Shown here in pieces: positions 1 through 7,091 of a DNA stretch of 64,000 nucleotides. The stretch is taken from assembly GCA_035622635.1 (NCBI GenBank), contig DASPUZ010000163.1, positions 4,813 through 68,812 on the forward strand. The letters run 5' to 3'. This DNA is from a bacterium (GTDB taxonomy: Bacteria > Sysuimicrobiota > Sysuimicrobiia > Sysuimicrobiales > Segetimicrobiaceae). The position numbers and the translations under genes are program-made. Under the pieces are notes generated by a model, which saw only the letters and a list, made by a program, of their open reading frames with translations, was not told the origin of the DNA and ran no database searches. The stretch's first letter is position 1; each line of letters opens with the position of its first letter.

Positions 1-395
1 CAGGTCCGCGTGAAGTGACTGCACCCAATCAGCGAATCGCTCGACCTGTTCCTTCGTAGGTTTGTGCTGCGGCTTCGCGTTGTGCTTGCGGCCCATGTGA
101 TCGGTGCGAGCGGATTCGTCTTGAGGAGCCCCATCATCAGCAGCCACCGGATAAACGTCCGCAGGGCCCTGTACGCTTGGTGCACGGTCGACGGCTTCAT
201 GCCCCGTGCGGGGAGCTTCGCGAGGTACGTTGTGATCCCGAGCGTATCGAGGTCGGCGACGGTCGACATGTCGGCGGCAATCCGGTCGAGCCACCACCGA
301 TACGTCCCCATCGTCCGTGCCGAACACCCGCCGACCTGCTTTTGGAGCAAGAACGCGTCGACCAGTTGCGGAGTCGTGCGAGGTACTGACGGCAT
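1..395 (-). CDS. Tyrosine recombinase / phage-type integrase, N-terminal part (gene runs off left edge; possible frameshift near nt ~100-110)
   Basis: Reverse translation from ATG 395..393 gives MPSVPRTTPQLVDAFLLQKQVGGCSARTMGTYRWWLDRIAADMSTVADLDTLGITTYLAKLPARGMKPSTVHQAYRALRTFIRWLLMMGLLKTNPLA. This fits the SAM-like N-terminal domain pattern of XerC/XerD-type integrases. It is absent from the ORF track because there is no stop inside the window. It lies 187 nt from the 3' end of tRNA-Pro. Confidence 0.6.
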   Translation of the reverse strand, partial: MPSVPRTTPQLVDAFLLQKQVGGCSARTMGTYRWWLDRIAADMSTVADLDTLGITTYLAKLPARGMKPSTVHQAYRALRTFIRWLLMMGLLKTNPLAPITWAASTTRSRSTNLRRNRSSDSLIGCSHFTRT

Positions 396-581
396 GTCAC
401 CCCGGCGTCTCCCGTGACGCCCTGTCGGACCCATGCGGGGGAACGATTCGGGGCAATGTCGGCGAGTCCGCGAACGGGACCGCCACTCTCACCACCCGCG
501 AAACCGAGAGTCGGACCTTTTAACTTTTCGCCCTGTTTTGCACCCCCTTCATCGTGCGCTAGGCCGTACTGTGTAACGGTT

Positions 582-658
582 TGGTCGGGGCGCCCGGACT
601 TGAACCGGGGACCTTCTGCTCCCAAAGCAGACGCGCTACCAAGCTGCGCTACGCCCCG
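582..658 (-). tRNA. tRNA-Pro (anticodon TGG), CCA encoded
   Basis: Reverse complement reads CGGGGCG-TA-GCGC-AGCTTGGTA-GCGC-G-TCTGC-TTTGGGA-GCAGA-AGGTC-CCCGG-TTCAAGT-CCGGG-CGCCCCG-A-CCA. This is a perfect cloverleaf with a 7-bp acceptor stem, GG in the D-loop, a TTCAAGT T-loop, anticodon loop T-T-TGG-G-A, and G37 as is typical of tRNA-Pro. Confidence 0.93.
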
Positions 659-992
659 TCGTTTCTGGGTCTGCGGAGGTGTGCGTCTGCTCATCCGCGC
701 CACCCCCCCAGATTCGCTCTAGGCTGGAGTGTAGCACAAATGATGACGCAAAGTGACGCGAGTGACATACCCCTCCCTTGCGAGTAATGCGGCAGACTCT
801 CGGCACGAGACGCTGACCATGGCGCTGCACTACGCGCGCCTCGCCCACGTGGACGTCGCGGCGCCTACCGGCGGGCGAGCCCCGTGGACGTCCTCACGCT
901 GGAGTAGGTCCTGCCAGCGTGACTACGCGCAAGGCCAGGCGGGCATAGGGGTCCTCAGACGGCCTCGGGAAAGGAGCGTTGACGTCGGCGCC

Positions 993-1355
993 ATGAAGAC
1001 CGAGAAGGCTATTCGAGACCGCGTGCGCCAGCTGCTCAGCCGCCGGCAGGGTTACCTCAACACGCTGCCGCTGGCTCCGCAGGTTGGCGTGCTCGAACGA
1101 GCCATTATCGAGCTGCTGTGGGTGCTCGGCGATGTGAAGAACGTCGACGAGGGCAACGAGGCGGTGGCGAAGCTGCAGCGTGCGCGCTCCCGCACCGGAC
1201 ACTCCGACCTCGTGGGCATGACCGTACGCGCCGTCAAGACAAACGGGTCTCGGGTGGTGCTGGAGCTCGCCTCCCGGGACGGCAGCGCGGAAATGCACGT
1301 GACGCACCCCGACTCGTCGGGAGGGCTCACCGTGACGCGTTGGGGGCGCACCTAG
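993..1355 (+). CDS. Hypothetical protein (~120 aa; internal Met chosen within ORF 753..1355)
   Basis: From MKTEKAIRDRVRQLLSRRQGYLNTLPLAP... the translation looks protein-like. The upstream part of the long ORF is Arg/Ala-rich shadow sequence. No recognisable family; start uncertain. Confidence 0.35.
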   Translation: MKTEKAIRDRVRQLLSRRQGYLNTLPLAPQVGVLERAIIELLWVLGDVKNVDEGNEAVAKLQRARSRTGHSDLVGMTVRAVKTNGSRVVLELASRDGSAEMHVTHPDSSGGLTVTRWGRT

Positions 1356-1442
1356 ACTGGGATGGCTCAAATCTGGAAGATGTTGGCGCTAATGGCGGCC
1401 AGCCGGGCGTGATAGGTCGCCCGCTCCTGCGGCGTCGGCAAG

Positions 1443-2205
1443 TTACGGCCGCCCTCCGGCCATGACGCTATGAAGGCTCGTAGGGAATGCGAATGATGAG
1501 TACTTGCAACCGCTCTTCCACGAGTTGCGGGAGGCATCGGCAGACGCGTCAACTGGGAAGCAGTCCACCCGTGCGAAAAGTGCGTCGCGCACGGCAACGA
1601 CATCAACGAGCGGGAAATCGGGCTGAGTGTGCGGGTCATACTGCGCGTGGGGCGCGGCCTCGCTCATCCAGAGCAACACTCGTACGCCCGGCTTCCGGTG
1701 GCGCCTCGAGTATGCGCCGAACGTGTGGACAATGGCGTTGCGCGCAGCCCACCACTCACTGCGGCTCAACTCTCCCACTACGCCCAGCCGGTGCAGGTCA
1801 GAGTTTCGGCCAGACCGCGCACGGTACTGTCACCGGCCGGGTGCAGTTCGCAAGCCAGCCGATTCAACGCGGCCTCCGCCTCCGCGTACGTCGGGCGCTC
1901 GTACGCCCACTGCAACTCCGCCGCCACGCCCCCTGCTGGCCGGTCGAAAGATAGGGCGTGACCTCCTCCGCGTAATGTCTGGTGTTGTCGCCGAGCACTC
2001 CATTCACCATGCCAGGGACGCTTCCCCCATTTCTCAATGAACTCCCGCGGAGACTCGTGCGCGGCGCCCCGCGTGTCCGATGCACGTCCGCGAGAACGCA
2101 AGAGGAGGATTCCGGAAGAATTCGCCGGTACTGGCCATCGAACACACGAAGGTGATTGACAGCACTTTCAACCCCACCCATAATGCCCCCAACAACCGAA
2201 TAGTC
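1443..2205 (-). pseudogene. Decayed Mutator/IS256-like transposase remnant (C-terminal half, several frameshifts)
   Basis: Three minus-strand frames read successively ..SVVGGIMGGVESAVNHLRVFDGQ.., ..DVHRTRGAPRTSLR.., and ..AELQWAYERPTYAEAEAALNRLACELHPAGDSTVRGLAETLTCTGWA(stop, -1 shift)VVGELSRSEWWAARNAIVHTFGAYSRRHRK. This order matches the motif order I recall for Mutator-type transposases (DG..L..Av..vF / H..RN / A.t..eAe.aL..l / P.aa.sL.eGleEtLT / tTNaIEs). No intact ORF spans it. Confidence 0.4.
2156..2184 (+). promoter_or_regulatory. Sigma70-type promoter candidate for the riboswitch-led operon
   Basis: TTGACA (2156-2161), exactly 17 nt of spacer, then CATAAT (2179-2184). The predicted transcription start at ~2191-2193 lies ~10 nt upstream of the conserved leader AGTCAGCA. 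Confidence 0.5.
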
Positions 2206-2286
2206 AGCACCGCCTTCGAACGGGCAAACCCGAAGCAATTCGGGGACGCAAAGCCACGGGACCCTCAGGGTCGGCCGGGTTGCCGA
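2202..2286 (+). promoter_or_regulatory. c-di-GMP-I (GEMM-I) riboswitch aptamer, copy 1
   Basis: Reads ..CGGGCAAACC-CGAA-GCAA-TTCG-GGGACGCAAAGCC-ACGGGACCC-TCA-GGGTCGGCCGGGTTGCCG. This aligns block for block with the Vibrio Vc2 aptamer as I recall it (GGGCAAACC, hairpin with GNRA tetraloop, GGGACGCAAAGCC, second hairpin, GGGUUnCCG). P1b stem CCCGAA/TTCGGG is capped by GCAA (2235-2238). Confidence 0.85.
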
Positions 2287-2309
2287 AAAGGAGCCGGGTG
2301 TACGTTGCC

Positions 2310-2350
2310 GGGCACGGAGGCCGTTCTGTGGCATCTGTGCCCTTGTTTTA
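2310..2350 (+). terminator. Terminator-like hairpin in the expression platform of riboswitch 1
   Basis: GGGCACGGA (2310-2318) pairs with TCTGTGCCC (2334-2342), giving 9 bp with one G-U. The loop is 15 nt and the stem is followed by TTGTTTTAT. Confidence 0.5.
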
Positions 2351-2456
2351 TCCTCTGCGGCGTCCGCGCGTTGGCTCGCACCGCTCGTCCGATAGCACTG
2401 CCTGCGCACGACACTACGGGAACGTGCTCCAAAAAAACGAATTGGGGAGGCAACCC

Positions 2457-2708
2457 ATGAGCAGTCGGGTCAATCATCAGGAGATCGTCAAGAAGGCGCT
2501 CGATGCCAAGGCGGTGGATTTTGCGGCGATCGGGAAGGTGATCGCCGAGGTGGGGCCGGCGCTCGCGCTCGCCGATGACCCCGGGGACTTCTTCTGCGGT
2601 ACCATGCGGCATTTCGTGCACGTCTATTCCGTCCGTGTCGTCAACGACGGCAGTGCGGTGGAAGAGTTGGGGGCTCTCGGGCGGGTTGCCGCGGAATTGC
2701 GGTCATAG
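2457..2708 (+). CDS. Hypothetical small protein (83 aa), first gene behind riboswitch 1
   Basis: ATG at 2457 is preceded by GGGGAGG 6 nt upstream. Translation is MSSRVNHQEIVKKALDAKAVDFAAIGKVIAEVGPALALADDPGDFFCGTMRHFVHVYSVRVVNDGSAVEELGALGRVAAELRS. The TAG stop (2706-2708) is immediately followed by the GTG of the next gene. Confidence 0.6.
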   Translation: MSSRVNHQEIVKKALDAKAVDFAAIGKVIAEVGPALALADDPGDFFCGTMRHFVHVYSVRVVNDGSAVEELGALGRVAAELRS

Positions 2709-4031
2709 GTGGCGGCCATTCACGAGGACGCCGAGGCGAGCGCCGGTGCTTCCGATGTCAACGGAGCCCGGTGGGACTCCGAGGACTTGGTGCGCCGTCT
2801 CTGCTGGGCGCTTGATATTGCCGAGCGGGCGGTGGACCGGCTCGCCGCAGCCGGATATGCCGATCCGGATGAAGTTGGAAACCATCTTCGTCCCGAGAAG
2901 CTGATCGCCGAGACCGCGTTTCTGTTGCTCAGTGCTTCGACGGCCGGGCGGTATCCCGAGGTGGAGCGGCGTGTTCGGCGCGTGGCGGAGCGGTTGACCC
3001 CTCACGCCCGAAGCGAGCGCATGATTCTCGGGATCTGCCTGGAGCCGGCCCTGGCCCTCGATTACGCGGAGGCGCACATCTGCCTGGCGAGGCTCGGGTA
3101 CCCCGACGTACGCTTCGACGCCGCACTCCGCCGTAGCCTCGGCGCACAGGCGCACGCCAGCCGCGAACGCCCTCCCCACCGTGTTCTCGAGCAGGATTGG
3201 CTCATGAGCGGCTGGACCGGCGCGCGAGCCTGCCGCGCGGCGCGCAGCTCGCAGGCGGTGTGGAACTCGGCACTGGGCCGCTCGATCGATCTGCTCGGCT
3301 GCACCCGTGAGGACGTGTACGCCTTTACTCACGCTCTAATGTACGTGGCCGACCAGGACCTCCATCCCCGGCGGTTGCCGCGCCCGAAGCCGGTGATCCT
3401 TGAAGAGGCCGAAGCCGCTCTCGCTTGGTGCCTCGACGAGCAGGATTACGATCTGGGCGGGGAGGTTCTGCTTGCATGGCCGCTCGTCCGGAGGCCGTGG
3501 AGCGCGGGGGCAGCGTTCGCGTTTCGAGTGCTGGCGCACGTCGAGGACCAGGCCGGCTTTCTCCCCGCACCGAGTACCCGCCTGCAGCGCCTCAACGCGC
3601 TGCGGGGTGATGCGCGCATCAACTACCTTTTGGCAACGGCGTATCACACGGCATACGTGATGGGGATGCTGTGCGCTGCGGTCCTGCGATTCGGAAGAAC
3701 ACCCCCATCCAAGATCCCTCGGACCCTGGCGGCGCGGGGCAGCGCACACAGAATCCTCCCGCTCCTCGACGCAGACGGAATGCACCCTCACTGGCGCGGC
3801 GAGTTTGACCACCTCCGTGGTCCGGAGCAGGACGCGATTGCGGGCTTCCTGCTGGCCATCGCACTGCGCCGGAAGGTGGGCCGGCGAGACATTGCCGGTC
3901 TCCACGACGTCCTGGCCATGGGACTCAGCCTGGGCCTGGCGGATTCCCCTGCGGCAAGCCAGGCCGCGGAACTGTTGGAACGCCTCGCCGGGGCGGCTCC
4001 GGAGTTACCGGTGGCCGCAGGGCGGAGCTAG
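2709..4031 (+). CDS. Hypothetical protein (440 aa, helix-rich by composition, no TM or signal peptide seen)
   Basis: Long ORF in a coding-like frame, with its GTG start abutting the stop of the 83-aa gene. I cannot assign any family motif. Confidence 0.7.
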   Translation: MAAIHEDAEASAGASDVNGARWDSEDLVRRLCWALDIAERAVDRLAAAGYADPDEVGNHLRPEKLIAETAFLLLSASTAGRYPEVERRVRRVAERLTPHARSERMILGICLEPALALDYAEAHICLARLGYPDVRFDAALRRSLGAQAHASRERPPHRVLEQDWLMSGWTGARACRAARSSQAVWNSALGRSIDLLGCTREDVYAFTHALMYVADQDLHPRRLPRPKPVILEEAEAALAWCLDEQDYDLGGEVLLAWPLVRRPWSAGAAFAFRVLAHVEDQAGFLPAPSTRLQRLNALRGDARINYLLATAYHTAYVMGMLCAAVLRFGRTPPSKIPRTLAARGSAHRILPLLDADGMHPHWRGEFDHLRGPEQDAIAGFLLAIALRRKVGRRDIAGLHDVLAMGLSLGLADSPAASQAAELLERLAGAAPELPVAAGRS

Positions 4032-4039
4032 TCCCGAAG

Positions 4040-4122
4040 AGTCAGCATCCTTCGAAGGGGCAAACCCGAAGCGATTCGGGGACGCAAAGCCATGGGACCC
4101 ACGAGGTCAGCCGGGCTGCCGG
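4040..4122 (+). promoter_or_regulatory. c-di-GMP-I (GEMM-I) riboswitch aptamer, copy 2 (intercistronic)
   Basis: Reads AGTCAGCATCCTTCGAAGGGGCAAACC-CGAA-GCGA-TTCG-GGGACGCAAAGCC-ATGGGACCC-ACGA-GGTCAGCCGGGCTGCCGG. It has the same blocks as copy 1. The tetraloop is GCGA (still GNRA). In the second hairpin, C2257:G2273 of copy 1 is replaced by T4093:A4109. It starts 9 nt after the stop of the 440-aa gene. Confidence 0.85.
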
Positions 4123-4147
4123 AGGGCACGAGCACAAAGGGAACACG

Positions 4148-4190
4148 GACGCGAGCAACTGTGACGGTGCGCTCGCGTCTTGCTTTCTTG
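4148..4190 (+). terminator. Intrinsic terminator-like hairpin in the expression platform of riboswitch 2
   Basis: GACGCGAGC (4148-4156) pairs perfectly with GCTCGCGTC (4171-4179) around a 14-nt loop. The stem is followed by TTGCTTTCTTG. Confidence 0.6.
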
Positions 4191-4222
4191 CTGACCCAAT
4201 TCGAATAAAGGGGGAAACTCAC

Positions 4223-6361
4223 GTGACGGACAACAGCGCCCAGAACCCCGTTTCACGGATCGGCAACCCGCCCGCGAAGGTTGACCTCACGAAATTACCG
4301 CCCGAGCGGGCCCGAGCGTCTTTTCGTGCGCTCATTCTCGCCAATCCCAACTACTTCGGAAACGTGACCGGCAGCCAATTCAAACCCGTCTTGAACATCG
4401 TTTCCGACACGACATACGAGGAGCTGCACTGTGTGGGATTCCAGCCCGCGCTGAACCGGCTGGAGGCCGTGGTCCACGTCAACCAGTCGACGGGGTATGG
4501 CGGCGACGTGTGCTCGAGCGGGTCGCGGGAGTACGTTCGCTTCTACCTCTCCTACGACAACGGCGCCACCTGGCAAGACCAGGGGTCGGTGAGCTTCGCG
4601 GTCTACGACGTGCCAGGGAACAAGCCGCTCGAATATGCTGCCACACTGGAACTCCAGCCCCCGCCGGCGGAGAAGCTGTGCTTCATTCAGAACCTCCCGA
4701 AAGTCAGGGCGATCCTCTCCTGGAACAACGATCCGCCTCCAAACACTCCGGCCTTTACGCCGGTGTGGGGCAACGTAGTGGATGCGCACATCCAGATCGA
4801 AGGGCTCGACCTGATCGTACTGGCCGACGTGCTGCAGGAGGCCAACGTCAGCCTGCCGATCGAGCTCGCCTCGTCGATCGACCTGTCGCAGAGCGTTCAC
4901 ACCGCCAAGGCAAAGGCGCTGAGCGCGGGTGAGTTGGTCGCTCTCTACCAGGGGACCAAGGTGCCATCGCACCGCTTCCTGTTCGCCGAGTTCCAGCAAC
5001 TCCTGGCCCACCCGCCGTTGACCCAGACCTTGATGACGGCAACGCCGTCATTGCCGCTGGCCGGGCTCGGCGTCAATGTCGGGGACGCGGTGGCCGGGCT
5101 GCTTGGCACGAGCGGCGACACCACGTACGAGGAGCTGGACTGCGTCGGGCTCGACTTCAATCGGGACGCGGTGGTGGGCGTGCTGAAGGTCAAGCAGCCC
5201 GGGGGCTATCTTGGCGGCCCGTGCACGGCCGGGAGCCAGGAGTATGTGGCGTTCTGGGTCGACTGGGGGGATGGCAAGGGGTGGACCTATGCGGGGACCG
5301 CGTCGGTCTCCGTTCACGACTTCAGCAGTATTCCGCTGGACGGCCTTGAGTACTCTGTGTATCTCCCCGTTGATATCGTCAGCCACATGCAACCGTGCGG
5401 CAGCGGGGCCAAGACGGCGCGTGTGCGCGCCATCCTTTCCTGGGAGACACCGCCGCCGCCGAGTAATCCAGACTACGTGCCGGTGTGGGGGAACCGGGAC
5501 GACACGTTGGTTCTCGTCCGGCCCGGGACCGCGCCCACCGCGTGCATGGCCAATATCAGCATCATCGGCGGGATCGGCATCGGCCAGATCGACACCGGCA
5601 GCACGGGATACACGGTGCCGAACGCGCTCTTTGCGCTCCAGGGCACCCCTGCCGATCCCTGGGTTCCCGCCCGGCAGTGCCCGTTTGGAGCCCGGATTGT
5701 CATTCAGGGATATCCGTGCGTCGGATACAAGTATCGCGTCAAAGTCAGGGACGTCACGGCCGGCGGGCTCCCGATCATATTGACCGATCAGATTTGGACG
5801 GTGGACAACAACGGCAACGGGACGTGGCGGAGTCCAGACGGGAGTGGGTTCTTCACGTACGTGGGTACGAGCGACAACATCGACAATGTCCTGGCCTACT
5901 GGGATTCCTCCGGCGACGATCTGTGGGAAGTCATGCTGGAGCTCGCGGACGCCAGCGACAACGTGCTCAACTGGACGCCCCAGTACCGAGTCCAGTTGGA
6001 CAACACCGCGCCCATCGCTGCAATCCACATCGATAGCGGCGGTGATTGCAAGCAGTTTACGGCGGGCGCCACGATCAACGGCCACTTCGTGGCGCAGGAC
6101 GCGAACTTCGGCGTGTTCGGGCTGAGCACGCTCCCGGCCTCCGTGAATCCCAATGAACCCACCACCGCCACGCCGGCGACATCGGAAACGGCGCCCTCGC
6201 CGGGTAACCCTTGGCAACTCAACACCGACACTCCCGACGAGATGCCGCCGTGCGGCTATGTCGTACACCTGGATGTGTGGGACCGGTCCATCCTGAACAG
6301 CGCTCCCGGTAACCACAACTACAATTCAGCCGACGTGGGCTTCTGCTTGCTGATCTCCTAG
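4223..6361 (+). CDS. Hypothetical protein (712 aa) with internal duplication of a ~130-aa domain
   Basis: GTG start is preceded by AAAGGGGGAA. Residues ~62-193 and ~299-433 share DTTYEEL.CVG, GY.GG.C..GS.EYV.F, LEY, (A)RVRAILSW..PPP..P...PVWGN. No signal peptide or TM segment; the C-terminal ~270 aa are Gly/Asn/Asp/Thr-rich (beta-like). Confidence 0.8.
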   Translation: MTDNSAQNPVSRIGNPPAKVDLTKLPPERARASFRALILANPNYFGNVTGSQFKPVLNIVSDTTYEELHCVGFQPALNRLEAVVHVNQSTGYGGDVCSSGSREYVRFYLSYDNGATWQDQGSVSFAVYDVPGNKPLEYAATLELQPPPAEKLCFIQNLPKVRAILSWNNDPPPNTPAFTPVWGNVVDAHIQIEGLDLIVLADVLQEANVSLPIELASSIDLSQSVHTAKAKALSAGELVALYQGTKVPSHRFLFAEFQQLLAHPPLTQTLMTATPSLPLAGLGVNVGDAVAGLLGTSGDTTYEELDCVGLDFNRDAVVGVLKVKQPGGYLGGPCTAGSQEYVAFWVDWGDGKGWTYAGTASVSVHDFSSIPLDGLEYSVYLPVDIVSHMQPCGSGAKTARVRAILSWETPPPPSNPDYVPVWGNRDDTLVLVRPGTAPTACMANISIIGGIGIGQIDTGSTGYTVPNALFALQGTPADPWVPARQCPFGARIVIQGYPCVGYKYRVKVRDVTAGGLPIILTDQIWTVDNNGNGTWRSPDGSGFFTYVGTSDNIDNVLAYWDSSGDDLWEVMLELADASDNVLNWTPQYRVQLDNTAPIAAIHIDSGGDCKQFTAGATINGHFVAQDANFGVFGLSTLPASVNPNEPTTATPATSETAPSPGNPWQLNTDTPDEMPPCGYVVHLDVWDRSILNSAPGNHNYNSADVGFCLLIS

Positions 6362-6382
6362 TCATAGGCGGGTGCGTTTCCC

Positions 6383-6415
6383 GAGGAGGGCTCTCCCGTT
6401 GGGCGAGCCCTCCTC
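6383..6415 (+). terminator. Strong hairpin just after the 712-aa gene (terminator candidate, no U-tract)
   Basis: GAGGAGGGCTC (6383-6393) pairs perfectly with GAGCCCTCCTC (6405-6415), giving an 11-bp stem with an 11-nt loop. It begins 22 nt after the stop codon. Confidence 0.45.
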
Positions 6416-6536
6416 CACAAAGGAGCGCTCTTTCGCGGAGCGACAGCCCAACTGGAACCCATTGCAGGGCAACAATTTCCGCACGACGGCCTCTTGAAGG
6501 CCGCCAGAAAGAGGCCCCCCTCGCTCCCGCGGATCA

Positions 6537-6730
6537 GTGACAGGGTCGTGGCGCTCCTCACGCACCTGCAGGTCAGCGGTGCGAGATCGCGCACCCTGGA
6601 ACACCGTCGCATGGGCTCGGCGCGCTCACCAGCGTCCTCGACAACGCCGATCCCGACGCGCTGACACGTCCGAATCTCGTTGCATTCTTGGAGACGTTTC
6701 AGCTCAGCCGGCCTGCGGCCGCTGGAGGGT
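6537..6730 (+). pseudogene. Possible integrase N-terminal remnant (frameshifted)
   Basis: Two adjoining frames give ..ALLTHLQVSGARSRTLEHRRMG / LGALTSVLDNADPDALTRPNLVAFLETFQLSRPAAAG. This parallels the spacing of FLLQKQVGGCSARTMGTYRWWLDRIA....DLDTLGITTYLAKL in the integrase at 1-395. It is short, and no catalytic domain follows. Confidence 0.3.
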
Positions 6731-7091
6731 TCGCGTTCAGCTTCCACTCATCAAAGGACCGGCCCGGAAGACCGCGGTTGGCTGTCGTCAGGTCGAGCGG
6801 TCACGAACTCTTTTGCCCGCCACACCCCCCTTTCGCTCCCGCCCATCGCGCACGACAGTGTGGGAGTTGTTAGTGTCTGTACACCGCGGATTTTGGTCCT
6901 ACCACAAGATATAAAGCACATGTCGAAAGGAGGTGCTATGCGGTGCCCGCGCGTCTGTTGACCCGCAGGAACTGGCTCGCCGTGTCCGGGTGGCACTTGG
7001 AAGACGAGCCGGCAGACAGCGGTGCGGCGGGCGATCGCCTCTCTGCTGACCGGCCGGGACGGCGACGGGCTACAGACGATCGAGTGGAAGA

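Noticed and set aside
660-760. A candidate extended -10 promoter (TGCTACACT on the minus strand) for tRNA-Pro.
   Set aside because: No acceptable -35 at proper spacing, and the predicted start is ~50 nt from the mature 5' end. The case is too weak to report as a feature.
1443-1778. An R-x4-H motif (AARNAIVHT) in a 111-aa ORF coupled (TAGTG) to a 107-aa upstream ORF looked like a HEPN toxin with a partner antitoxin.
   Set aside because: The upstream ORF has no nucleotidyltransferase (GSxxxG...DxD) motif. The whole 1443-2205 stretch reads better as a frameshifted Mutator/IS256-like transposase, in which RNAIVH corresponds to the decayed TNAIES motif.
2286-2456. An attempt to deduce whether riboswitch 1 is an ON or OFF switch from alternative pairings between the aptamer 3' strand and the 2310-2342 hairpin.
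   Set aside because: I could not find an unambiguous antiterminator/anti-antiterminator pairing by eye. Stating a polarity would be guesswork without folding calculations or experiments.
6926-7091. A strong Shine-Dalgarno (AAAGGAGGTG) followed by ATG 6938 and ORF 6943..7287 (+).
   Set aside because: The ATG frame stops after 7 codons (MRCPRVC). The GTG frame gives Arg/Asp-rich text and runs antisense into the GT2 gene. There is no support for a real gene, though a tiny leader peptide cannot be excluded.
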